Shown: in pieces, positions 50,431 through 61,692 of the stretch
Layout of the letters: each line of letters begins with the position of its first letter
How positions within the stretch are numbered: position 1 is the stretch's first letter
Source of the DNA: Mobula hypostoma
Taxonomy: Eukaryota
Reading direction: 5' to 3'
Length of the DNA: 64,000 nt
Assembly: GCF_963921235.1 (NCBI RefSeq)
Contig: NC_086099.1
Coordinates: forward strand, 75,020,001-75,084,000
The notes under the pieces: generated by a model
Told to the model about the DNA's origin: nothing
The model's database searches: none
The model's input: the letters and a program-made list of their open reading frames with translations, nothing else
Made by a program: the position numbers and the translations under genes

Positions 50431-51299
50431 CATATTTAAATTTAAATAACATTCCTAAAACATATTTAAAAATCACAGAGGATTTCTATCTTATAAAAAA
50501 TTTCCAAACTACAAATAATTTTTAAAACACAAAGAATTTCCAAAACACAGGTACAATTCTTATGAGCTAAAAAGACATACCCATGATACAGATGAATGAA
50601 TCCTCCAACAGATAAACTGAAGGCATAGGACAGATTTTAATTCACCTTGTGTATCTGTCATTCTTCTCGATGTTTGTGACCATTCCTAATAAGTATGAAC
50701 TGCTTTTTACATTCATTTTGTTCCCTTGCCATTTGGGTGACTTCACACATATGTGAAATTCTTTCAGATACCTTTTCATACCAGAGGTCTCAAAGCTTCT
50801 GGGGCAGAGGACCCTCAATTAATACTGTGAAGCAGACTCTGAGCACACAGATATTCCAACTTTTAATAAATCAGTGACTTGATGTGCTAAGTGATAATAT
50901 CAATCTGGTCTGCAAGCTTCCTCGAACTGAATGACTTAGCCAGTTTTTTAATTTGAAACAAGTCCAATTAACATAGCCCATTTTCTTACACTGCACCTCT
51001 AGAGCAATTAGCCCAGGTGCTGTGGGCCAACAAGTCTGTGCTATATTGACAGTGTTTGTTTACAAATCTGTCCTTTTGACATCTAACTGATTACTGTTTG
51101 ATATTTCCATTATAAACTGAAGACTGGGTCCCATTTATGACAAAAAGCTAAACAAAGAATATTAGTTGGATGTTTAACTTACGCAAAAACAACCCTTTTA
51201 TCTCTAGGGGTGTTAGCAATTGTGTTTAGAAAGCTAAGCTTGGCAAAGAAGACCACTGGTAAAAAGAAGTAATAGGTCAGAGTGGGGAATAGAGGAGGC

Positions 51300-51745
51300 A
51301 GGAGGAGCAACACCTTGTATCCTTCTGGGTACCCTCCAACCTGATGATATGAATATTGATATCTTCTAGTGAACAAAATCCCCCTTCCCCCTCTATTCAC
51401 AACTCTGACCTTGTACTTCTCACCTACTTATTACTTTATCCTGGGTCCCCTTCTCCTCCCCTTTCTGTTATTGTCCACTCTCCTCTCCTATCAGATTCTT
51501 TCTTCTCTGGCCCTTGACCTTTCCCAACCACCTGACTTTACCTATCACCTTCCAGCTGTCCTCTATCCCCTGCCCGCACCATTTTATTCAGGCATCTTCC
51601 TTCTTTTCTCCCAGTTCTGAAGAAAGATCTCAGGCAAAAATGTCAACTGTTTACTCTTTACTGTAGATGCTGCCTCATCTACTGAGTTCCCCCAGCATTC
51701 TGTGCATGTTGCTTTGGATTTCCGGATTCTGCAGATCTTCTTCTA
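51300..51745 (+). mobile_element. Old Penelope-like 3' region (pseudo-LTR)
   Basis: EEQHLV..LGTLQPDDMNID C-terminus, pyrimidine-rich UTR, degenerate CTGAAGA...AAAATGTCAAC motif. Confidence 0.75.
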
Positions 51746-52743
51746 TAACAAAGTGAATTAATTTAAAACTACATTTGATGCTCCATCCTTATTTGAAATC
51801 AAAGATAATTTAGGCTGCATAATTTGGAAGAGGATCCAGGAAGTAATTACCCAGTATAATTCTGGGGAATCTCAACAAAACATGGTTCTGCCATTGGTAC
51901 CATTCAGAGGGCAGTGGTGATGTGAACTACCAGATTGATGCTTCAGAAACTCAAGCTTCCATTGGCCCAGTGAAGGCTTCCTATCCTTGTAACTTGTAAA
52001 CCATGAAAATCGCAAAACAGACAAGATGGTTTGCAAAACTGGCAATTTAATTCCAGTTGACATCCATTAGTTAATGTTGATAATTTGATTTAGTTTTAAT
52101 CATAATAGACTCACCAAATCTTTGCTCCCAATTTGTTTTATAATATATACATGCCAACTGTCAGCTTTTTAAGTGTTATCAGCTTTGCAATTTAAATGTT
52201 ATCTTGCCAACATCTTATAAGAATGTTCTGGCCTTCTCTGCTGGAGTAGTAGGTTTCAGCATTGGCTTTTCAAATTGCTTGGACGGTACAACTAGAGCTT
52301 GTCAGAACTAATTATTCAGGTTATGCTGCTTTTTGCTGACTGTAGCTCTCAAACATAAGGCAGAAACATTTGAAATGAATTCTTGATTGCTGAAGACCTA
52401 CAGCAGAGATGCATTCACTTTGTGTTTGACCCTAAAAGTTGTATGTAGTAAATACATGACATCTCAAAATAATTTATTTTTCTCAAAAGAATCTTCCCGT
52501 CTCTTGCCTGGCTGTGGTCTCATATAAAGTTTTAGCTTTGCTTGCAGCTGTTTCCTTGCGATAAGGTGAAATGAATGTATTAATTGAATTCACTTAACAA
52601 CCTTTATTCCGGTAGGCTGCAAAGGTTAGGGAATAAAAAATAAAAGAGACCGATTAATGATTCAGACCTAGAAATACCATCAATAATGCTGAAAATTAAG
52701 TGTTAAAATTCAATATTCAGGGAGCAACGGGCACTTTCCCTCA

Positions 52744-52822
52744 TAAAATTTAATATCCTCATGAGCCAAAGTATCTTCTTTAAAAATTAATATCCTACAT
52801 GACCCAAAGTATCTTCTTTAAA
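52744..52822 (+). repeat. ~39-bp tandem duplication
   Basis: TTAATATCCT(A)CATGA(G/C)CCAAAGTATCTTCTTTAAA occurs twice. Confidence 0.85.
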
Positions 52823-54224
52823 TCAACTTAATTTCTGAAGCCAAAGTTGGATTATATATCAGGACCACAGTAGTCTCAGTTGAGGAACGGTTGAAGGACC
52901 ATAAAATAGGCTGAGGCCTACTGAATCTGGAACCCACACTGTATTGTTGATTGCACTGCACCCACTGAAGAGTTGAGATACAGCCTGAGCCTTGACCCAC
53001 AATATTAATGGAGTGAGACAATAAGGTGGAGTCTCTTGCAGTTTGATATTCTCAAAATACCATTCTCTGAATTAATAGAAGCAGGATTATAGTAGAGAAG
53101 TTGCAACTCATTGATGAAAGAAAAATGTAGCCCATCATTAAACTGGGATCATGGCCAAAGGTTCTAAAACATAAGTTTGGAAAACAATATCAAGGTGACT
53201 TATTTTAGGATACTAAAAAATTCCAGAGATCAGTCATAAAAGGTCTATGTTAGGGCACATTCTCTGTATCCTGCACCAAGCCTGCAGCAAGAATGCTTTT
53301 AAGTTGAAATAAATCATTAGGAAGGGAATCGGACAGCCAAAATCTAAAAGAACTTTAAAGCTCTCAGATGTAAGTATTATCCAGGTATCATATCCCAATA
53401 TATTGTTAGTAATCAAAAGATCTTTAATTTAATTGTTAAAATGGGCAGTGAAATAAAGGAAATGCTTGGGAAGCTAAAGAGCAGAGTGACCAAAGTGATA
53501 AGTAGTAATCAAGTCACACAGTTTTGCTGAAGAGCCTTTGAGCTGAAATGTTGACTCTTTTACATTTCCCATAGATACTGGCTGAATAAACTCAGCATTG
53601 CCCATTTTATTTCCATCATCAGCTGTTGTGTTTATTTTCATAGAGCCACATGTTTGTTTAAAACCTATCTTTCTGTTCATCTTTCTGAACACTCATGGTC
53701 AAGCTGTCCATAATTTTTGCAAGAAATTTCTTCCTAAGAATCTTTGAAAATATTAATAGCTAAGTCACTGAGATGTGAAACCCATTCCCTCATCTATCAA
53801 AATGTGGTCAAAGTTAGAACTTGACTTTCATAATACCTTTGTGTAATAATGGTTACAACATCGAATACAGTGAAAGGATACTGGATAACTTTCCTGATAT
53901 GAAAACATTAATGAAATTGTCAAAGGTACAATGTTTGTATTGTAAAGAAAGAGTTCATGGAAGAATTTAGAAGCTTTGATCAGAAACAAGGGCAGGATTG
54001 CATATGCATGGAACAGGCTCAAAATGTTTGTTGGAATAACTCAAGTTCAAAATATTCTGGATTTAAACAAAATAATAGATTTGAATAATATTGAAACCTA
54101 GAGGAAACTTTATGATAAAAGCAATTGCATATTCGCACTAATATATACAATAAACCATTAAATGGGCATTGTTTTATCAGATCGACCACAAGCTTTCTCT
54201 AGCTAGATGGGATGAGGTCAAATT

Positions 54225-54590
54225 TAAGATTTAGTGATAGAATAGCAAATTGATCTATTATTGTCATATGTATCAAGGTACGGTGAAAGCCTGTTTTGCA
54301 TGTCATCAACACAGATAATTTCATTACTGAACGGCATTGTGGTTGTACAAGGAAGGGTAGTAACAGAATGGAGTGTTACAGTTACAGGGAAAGTGCAGTG
54401 CAGGCACACAATGAAGTGCAAAGCCGTATTGTGGTAGATTGTGAGGTCAAGAGAGCATCTTAGCATGCGGGGGACTGTTCGATAGTTTTATAACAGTTGA
54501 ATAAAAGCTGTTCTTGAGCCCAATAGTATGTGCTTTTAGGTTTTTATATCTTCCGCCCAGTGGAATGGGGGCAAGACAAAATGCCCAGGA
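54225..54590 (-). mobile_element. Rex1/Babar-type 3' fragment
   Basis: Similar to 33818-34075. Confidence 0.6.
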
Positions 54591-55335
54591 TAGACTTCAA
54601 AAGTGAGGTGATCATCATTAATCTGAAACGAAAAGTCATAAATTATTTGGATGGCCTGCTTTCTTATATTTGCAATTCAAAAATAATCTTATTTTCTATT
54701 TTGAGAAAAGTTGGATTTTTCAATGCTGGGCACTTTTAGAAGGTAGAATAATTGAGTCCAGCAAATACCATCACAAAGAAGCATAATGAACCAGGGTTTT
54801 CCAAATGCTGTACGGCAAAGAGTCAGTATTTATTCACGAGTGCCAACATGTTCAGAATTTCCACACGCATATATCCTAATGGGAAGATTCCAAACCTGAT
54901 GATACATTCTATCTGTCAGTAAGTTCTGCCAATGATGAAGCATGAACTTGCTGGAATTCCCCAGTATTTAAATGGAAAATCTAGTCATGGACTCCAAGCC
55001 AGCCTATACCTGGCAGGAATTCCACAAACCTATTTGAGTGCGTATTTTATAACTGCACAAGTTAGCAATAAGACAAATTGCATTGTTTTATCCATTTGTG
55101 TTTGAGGTAATAGTTTGAAATATTTGTTTGTATATATGGTGATTTAACTTTTTCAAATTATATAAGTTTTATTATTTATTGAGAGCTCTTTCATTAATAA
55201 ATTTTGAGATGTTCTGAATACCAGCAATATGATGGTTGTCAGTTACAATTATTGTAAAAAGAACATTCTTAAAAGACAATAAAGGTAATGGCTTGGCTCT
55301 GCCTCTTCCCAAAGGTTTACTTTGCATTTATAATA

Positions 55336-55804
55336 TGAGGGGTGATTGATAAGTTTGTGGCCTAAGGTAGAAGGAGATGAGTTATTAACTTCAAACTTTC
55401 TGCATTATCACTCAAAGAGTTGAACTGCACGTCCATGTAACGAGAGTGTCTTGGGCCTCCAGGTGGTCCACAGCAAGGGTGATTGATAAGTTTGTGGCCT
55501 AAGGTAGAAGGAGGTGAGTTATACAGCTCTCGTTACAAGCACGTGCAGTTCAACTCTTTGAGTGAAAACGCAGAAAGTTTGAAGTTTCTCCTCATCTCCT
55601 TCTACTTTAGGCCACGAACATATCAAGCACCCCATGCTATGGACCACTTTCTGGAGGTCCAGGATGCCCAACTTCTACAAAGAAGGGATCCATATGCTCC
55701 ACGACCCCTGGACTAAGTGCGTAAATGTAGAAAAGATAAATGTGCTAGGTTTTCTAAAATTGGCTCCTTCTACCTTAGGCCACAAACTTATCAATCACCC
55801 CTCG
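55336..55804 (+). mobile_element. Rearranged mariner-derived MITE with four TIR copies
   Basis: TA-flanked TIR (C/T)GAGGGGTGATTGATAAGTTTGTGGCCTAAGGTAGAAGGAG; mariner C-terminus FYKEGIHMLHDPWTKCVNVEK. Confidence 0.88.
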
Positions 55805-56182
55805 TATAATGGGTTCTAGCCCATGGATATGAACATATTACCTTGTGCAAACTCCAGGCACCACTTGGGGCCTTGCATATCAGTCCAGGAGGTTTCCATA
55901 TGATAAGTTCCTTCCAGATACCAGTAAGGCAAGTGTGATACCACTTTCATCCCTGCACCTATTTCTCACACTTCTGCTCTTGCCTCTTCTTCCCTGGGCA
56001 GTTATAACATGGTTCCCTTGTTTTTATCTATCACCCTACAGACTCTGTGTTCAATAGACCACTCTTTATATTTTTTTAAAAACGCAAACAACAGGAATTC
56101 TGCAGATGCTGGAAATTCAAGCAACACACATCAAAGTTGCTGTTGAACGCAGCGGGCCAGGCAGCATTTCTAGGAAGAGGTG

Positions 56183-56220
56183 CAGTCGACGTTTCAGGCC
56201 GAGACCCTTTGTCAGGACTA
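56183..56220 (-). ncRNA. Second hammerhead motif copy with a mutated core (CTGACAA)
   Basis: Reverse complement reads TAGTCCTGACAAAGGGTCTCGGCCTGAAACGTCGACTG. Confidence 0.6.
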
Positions 56221-57415
56221 ACTGAAGGAAGAGTGAGTAAGGAATTTGAAAGTTGGAGGGGGAGGGGGAGATCCAAAATAATAGGAGAAGACAGGAGGGG
56301 GAGGCATGGAGCCAAGAGCTGGACAGGTGATAGGCAAAAGGGATACGAGAGGATCATGGGACAGGAGGTCCGGGAAGAAAGACGGTGGGGGGACCCAGAG
56401 GATGGGCAAGAGGTATATTCAGAGGGACAGAGGGAGAAAAAGGAGAGTGAGAGAAAGAATGTGTGTATAAAAATAAGTAACAGATGGGGTACGAGGGGGA
56501 GGTGGGGCATTAGCGGAAGTTAGAGAAGTCGATGTTCATGCCATCAGGTTGGAGGCTACCCAGACGGAATATAAGGTGTTGTTCCTCCAACCTGAGTGTG
56601 GCTTCATCTTTACAGTAGAGGAGGCCGTGGATAGACATGTCAGAATGGGAATGGGATGTGGAATTAAAATGTGTGGCCACTGGGAGATCCTGCTTTCTCT
56701 GGCGGACAGAGCATAGGTGTTCAGCAAAGCAGTCTCCCAGACTGTGTCAGGTCTCGCCAATATATAGAAGGCCACATCGGGAGCACCGGACGCAGCATAT
56801 CATCCCAGCCGACTCACAGGTGAAGTGTTGCCTCACCTGGAAGGACTGTTTGGGGCCCTGAGTGGTGGTAAGGAAGGAAGTGTAAGGGCATGTGTAGCAA
56901 TTGTTCCGCTTACACGGATAAGTGCCAGGAGGGAGATCAGTGGGGAGGGATGGGGGGGAACGAATGGACAAGGGAGTCACGTAGGGAGCAATCCCTGTGG
57001 AATGCAGAGAGAGTGGGGGAGGGAAAGATGTGCTCAGTGGTGGGATCCCGTTGGAGGTGGCGGAAGTTACGGAAGTTAAAGAAAGGGGCTTCCCTTCCTC
57101 CACTATCAACTCTGCTCTTAAACGCATCTCCCCCATTTCACGTACATCTGCTCTCACTCCATCCTCCCGCCAACCCACTAGGAATAGGGTTCCCCTGGTC
57201 CTCACCTACCACCCCACCAGCCTCCGGGTCCAACGTATTATTCTCCGTAACTTCCACCACCGCCAATAGGATCCCACCACTAAGCACATCTTTCCCTCCC
57301 CCTCTCTCTCTGCATTCCGCAGGGATCGCTCCCTACGCGACTCCCTTGTCCATTCATCCCCCCCATCCCTCCCCACTGATCTCCCTCCTGGCACTTATCC
57401 GTGTAAGCGGAACAA

Positions 57416-57805
57416 ATGCTACACATGCCCTTACACTTCCTCCCTTACCACCATTCAGGGCCCCAGCAGTCCTTCCAGGTGAGGCAACACTTCACCTGTG
57501 AGTTGGCTGGGGGGATATACTGCGTCTGGTGCTCCCGATGTGGCCTTTTATATATTGGCGAGACCCGACGCAGACTGGGAGACAGCTTTGCTGAACACCT
57601 ACGCTCTGTCCGCCAGAGAAAGCAGGATCTCCCAGTGGCCACACATTTTAATTCCACATCCCATTCCCATTCTGACATGTCTATCCACGGCCTCCTCTAC
57701 TGTAAAGATGAAGCCACACTCAGGTTGGAGGAACCACACCTTATATTCCGTCTGGGTAGCCTCCAACCTGATGGCATGAACATCGACTTCTCTAACTTCC
57801 GCTAA
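57416..57805 (+). pseudogene. Penelope GIY-YIG endonuclease domain
   Basis: GGIYCVWCSRCGLLYIGETRRRLGDSFAEHL...LGSLQPDGMNIDF; frameshift upstream. Confidence 0.9.
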
Positions 57806-58095
57806 TGCCCCACCTCCCCCTCGTACCCCATCTGATATTTTTATACACACATTCTTTCTCTCACTCTCCTTTTTCTCCCTCTGTCCCTCTGAATATACCC
57901 CTTGCCCATCCTCTGGGCTCCCCCCGCCCGCTGTCTTTCTTCCCGGACCTCCTGTCCCATGATCCTCTCGTATCCCTTTTGCCTATCACCTGTCCAGCTC
58001 TCGGCTCCATCCCTCCCCCTCCTGTCTTCTCCTATCATTTTGGATCTCCCCCTCCCCCTCCAACTTTCAAATCCCTTACTCACTCTTCCTTCTGT

Positions 58096-58133
58096 TAGTC
58101 CTGACGAAGGGTCTCAGCCTGAAACGTCGACTG
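58096..58133 (+). ncRNA. Minimal type I hammerhead ribozyme motif in the Penelope pseudo-LTR
   Basis: TAGTC-CTGACGA-AGG gtctcag CCT-GAAA-CGTC-GACTG: core CUGANGA and GAAA, stem I AGTC/GACT, stem II AGG/CCT, palindromic ACGT stem III, GUC cleavage triplet. Confidence 0.75.
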
Positions 58134-58419
58134 CAGCTCTTCCTAGAGATGCTGCCTGGCCTGCTGCATTCACCAGCAACTTTTATGTGTGTTGTTTATA
58201 TTTTTTTGTTTGCTAGCACCGTACAAGATTCCATGACTAAGCACATGTTCCTCTCCCTTCTATTACAGCAGTTTGATGGATGTGCTCCCTTTGCCAATGC
58301 CTATGAGATTTTGTCCCTAGCTACCACTCCCTGCTTATGGCAATTGTGTGTGCATCCACAGGAGATTCTGATCATCTGGATGTACTTCTAGTCCCTGAGC
58401 ACTGGCAGAGACGAGGACT

Positions 58420-60610
58420 GCAGCACCAGTGGTAAGGACCAAGAAGACATGGACAAGGGAGGAGCAGGAGTGCTTACAGGACTGCTTTGAATTGGGGAAC
58501 TGGACTGTATTCAGATATTCATCTTCAGGTCTGGATGAGTACGTCGCAGCTGTCAACAACTTCGTTCAAACATGCGTGGATGAGTGCATGCCTAGGAAAA
58601 CTAGCTGACCATTCCCAAATCAAAAGCCATGGATGATCTGTGACATTTAAGTCTGGCGATCCAGGTCTGTACAAGAAAGCCAGGTATGACTTGTGGTAGG
58701 CCATTTCAAAAACTAAGAAACAATTCCGAATGAAGTTGGAGGCAACATCGGATGCATGTCAACTCTGGCAGGGTTTGCAGGACATTACTTCCTACAAAGC
58801 AAAACCCAACATGATGAATAGCAGTGATGCTTCGCTACAAGATAAGCCTTTTATTTTCATTTTGAAATGGAGAATAAAACTTCAACTGTGAAGAACCCTG
58901 CTGCACCCAGTGACCCTGCGATCTCCATCTCAGACAGCAATGTCAGGCTGTCTTTTTGGCGGGTGAACCCTCACAAAGAGGAGTTGGAGTACCAGGTAAG
59001 GCTCTGAAAACTTGTGACAACCAACTGATGGGTGTAATCAAAGACATTTTCAATCTCCCACTGCTAGGATGGAAGTTCCCAACTTTCCCAACTGCTTCAG
59101 AAAGGCAACAATTATACCAGTGCCCAAGAAGGGCTGTGTGAGCTGCCGTAATTACTATTGTCCAGTAGCACTGTCATCAATGGTGATGAAGTGCTTTGTT
59201 GAGAGGCTGGTCATGGTTAGAATGAACGGCTGCCTCAGCAAGGACCTGAACCCACTGCAATTTGCCTATTGCCACAATAGGTCTATGGCAGATGTGATCT
59301 CAATGGCTTTTCAAGGGGCCTTGGATCATCTAGACAATACAAAAACCTATGTCAGGATGCTGTTCATTGACTATAGCTCCACATCTAACACCATCATTTC
59401 TACAGTCCTGATTGAAACGTTACAGAACCTGGGCCTCTATATAGCAGCTCCCTCTGCAACTGGATCCTTGACTTCCTAAACAGATGACCACAATCTGTGC
59501 AGGTTGGTAATAACATCTTTTCCTTACTATCAACACTGGTGCACCTCAGGAATGTGTGTTAGCCCACTGTTCTACTCTCTCTATAACCTTGACTGTGTGG
59601 CTAGGCATAGCTCAGCTGCCATCTTTAAATCTGCTGATGATACAACCATTCTTGGCAGAATCTTAGATGGAGATGAGAGAGTGTATTGGAGTGAGATATA
59701 CCAGCTAGTTGAGTAGTGTAACAGCAACAACTTTGCACTCAACATCAGTAAGACCAAAGAGCTGATTGTGGACTTCAAAAAGAATAAGATGAGCAAACAC
59801 AAAACAATCCTCAAAGAGGGATCAGAAGTGTAGAGTGTGAGCAGTTTCAAGTTCCTGGGTGTCAAAATCTCCAGTCTCAACATATCAACGTAGCTATAAA
59901 GGAGGCAAGACAGTAGTTATTATTCATTAGGAGTTTGAAGAGCTTTGGTTTGTCACCTAAAACACTCAAACTTCTACAGATGTACCGTGGAAAGCATTTT
60001 GACTGTCTGCATCACCTTCTGGTATGGGGGGAGGGGGCCACTGCACAAGATCAGAACGAGGCTAGAGAAACAAGAGAAAATCCAAACAACACACACCAAA
60101 ATGCTGGAGGAACTCAGCAGGCCAGGCAGCATCTATGAAAAAGAGTACAGTCAATGTTTCAGGCTGAGACGCTAGAAAGTTGTAATTAGTCAGCTTCATC
60201 ATAAGCACCAGCCTCCGGAGTATCCAAGATGTCTTCAACGAGCGGTGACTCAGAAAGGTATCGTCTGTCATTAAGGATTCCTACCACCCTTGATATGCCC
60301 TCTTCTTATTGTTACTATCAGGAAGGAGGTACAGAAGCCTGAAGACACACACTCAGTGAGTCAGGAACAGCTTCTTCCCCTCTGCTGTCCGATTTCTAAA
60401 TGGGCATTCAACACATGAAGACAACCTCACTACTTATTTTAAATTTCTGTTTTTGTACTGCTTATTTTAATTAAACTATTTAATATACATATACTGTATA
60501 TACTAATTGTAATTCTTTTTTTCTTATATTTGTCAAGAATTGCATTGTACTGCTGCAAAGTTAACAAATTTCATATCATATTCTGACGATATTAAACCTG
60601 ATTCTGATTC
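58420..60610 (+). mobile_element. Degenerate Rex1/Babar LINE
   Basis: LQDCFE..NW, FPNQKPW, CFRKATIIPVPKK, PVALSSMVMKCF, YVRMLFIDYSS, SADDTT; (CTGATT)n tail. Confidence 0.9.
60067..60170 (-). mobile_element. Short Penelope-terminus insertion in Rex1
   Basis: GCTAGA at 60061 and 60171 flanks CAAAATGCTGGAGGAACTCAGCAGGCCAGGCAGCATCT...GTTTCAGGCTGAGAC. Confidence 0.7.
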
Positions 60611-60614
60611 AATA

Positions 60615-60993
60615 CTTACCCTTCCACCTGTTTTCTTCCCACCGTGCACTGCTTCAAACACTAGTAGCAGCACTGAAACAGTAATTTACGTTCACTTCTT
60701 GCAATCTGGTGTTCTATGTTCAATGTTCACAATGTGGGATCCTCTACAAAAGAGAGACCAAAAGCAGATTGGGTGGTCGCATTGAGGAACAGCTGCACAC
60801 AGTCCACAGAAATGATCATGAGCTTCCCTTTGCCTGTCACTTTATTTCTCCCTTCCACTCCCACTCTAGCCTTTTAGTCTGTGACCTCCTGCTCTGTTAT
60901 AATAAGGTCCAAAATAAGCATGAAGAGCAACATGTCTGCGTGGGCACATTACAAACAGATGGATTCGATACCGAATGTTTTAACTTTAGATAA
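60615..60993 (+). mobile_element. Old Penelope GIY-YIG fragment
   Basis: YVQCSQCGILYKRETKSRLGGRIEEQL...ACHF. Confidence 0.75.
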
Positions 60994-61692
60994 TTCACTC
61001 TATTTCCATTTGTACATATTTTTTTGTTTGGTTTTGTATATTTTGGCCTGCTGGGGATGTCCCACAGACTTATCATAAGCAACACTTTATACACACAAAG
61101 AACTTTAATCTAATTGTAACAGCTCTTTAAATTCAGATTAGTTGCCATATACACAAGTGTGTAATGAAATACTGTAGATGGTAATAATAAATACAAAAGT
61201 AAATATAGCAACGGGCACAAAAAACATTTATCTGCCACATTCGATACATCCATTCTTATTTTTTCAAAAAATCTACTTGGTTTCCCTCTTCCCAGTTCTG
61301 ATGAAGGAATTTAGAACAACCATCTGCTGGAAGAATTCAGAAGGACAAATAAGACCTGTGGGATGAAAGGAATTACTCTGACTGCTTCCAGCAGAAGATC
61401 TATTCTGAGACGTTATCTCTGCTCAGGTTTTTAGAGACAGTGGACTGTCTTTTCTGCCAGCAATATGCTGTGAATCCACTGGTGTCTCTCAGAAAGGCTG
61501 CAGTTCTGTGACAATAATGCTACGACATTCTTTGTTTCTTTATTTTGAAAGTATCCACTGCACTCATTTGTGTCTCAAAACTGTGACGAAACCATACACG
61601 CGATACATGCTATTTATAAATCTATTGCCACAATAGGTTTACAGCAGACACTGGCTCTTTACTCTGCTCTGCAGCACTTGGACAATATGAAC

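Larger units (their letters stand above)
56078..58194. mobile_element. Young Penelope-like (GIY-YIG) insertion made of two 5'-truncated copies in inverted orientation, 13-bp TSD
   Basis: Arms ~56122-57073 and 57244-58194. GIYCVWCSRCGLLYIGETRRRL motif on both strands. TSD TTTATATTTTTTT at 56065-56077 and 58195-58207. Confidence 0.93.
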
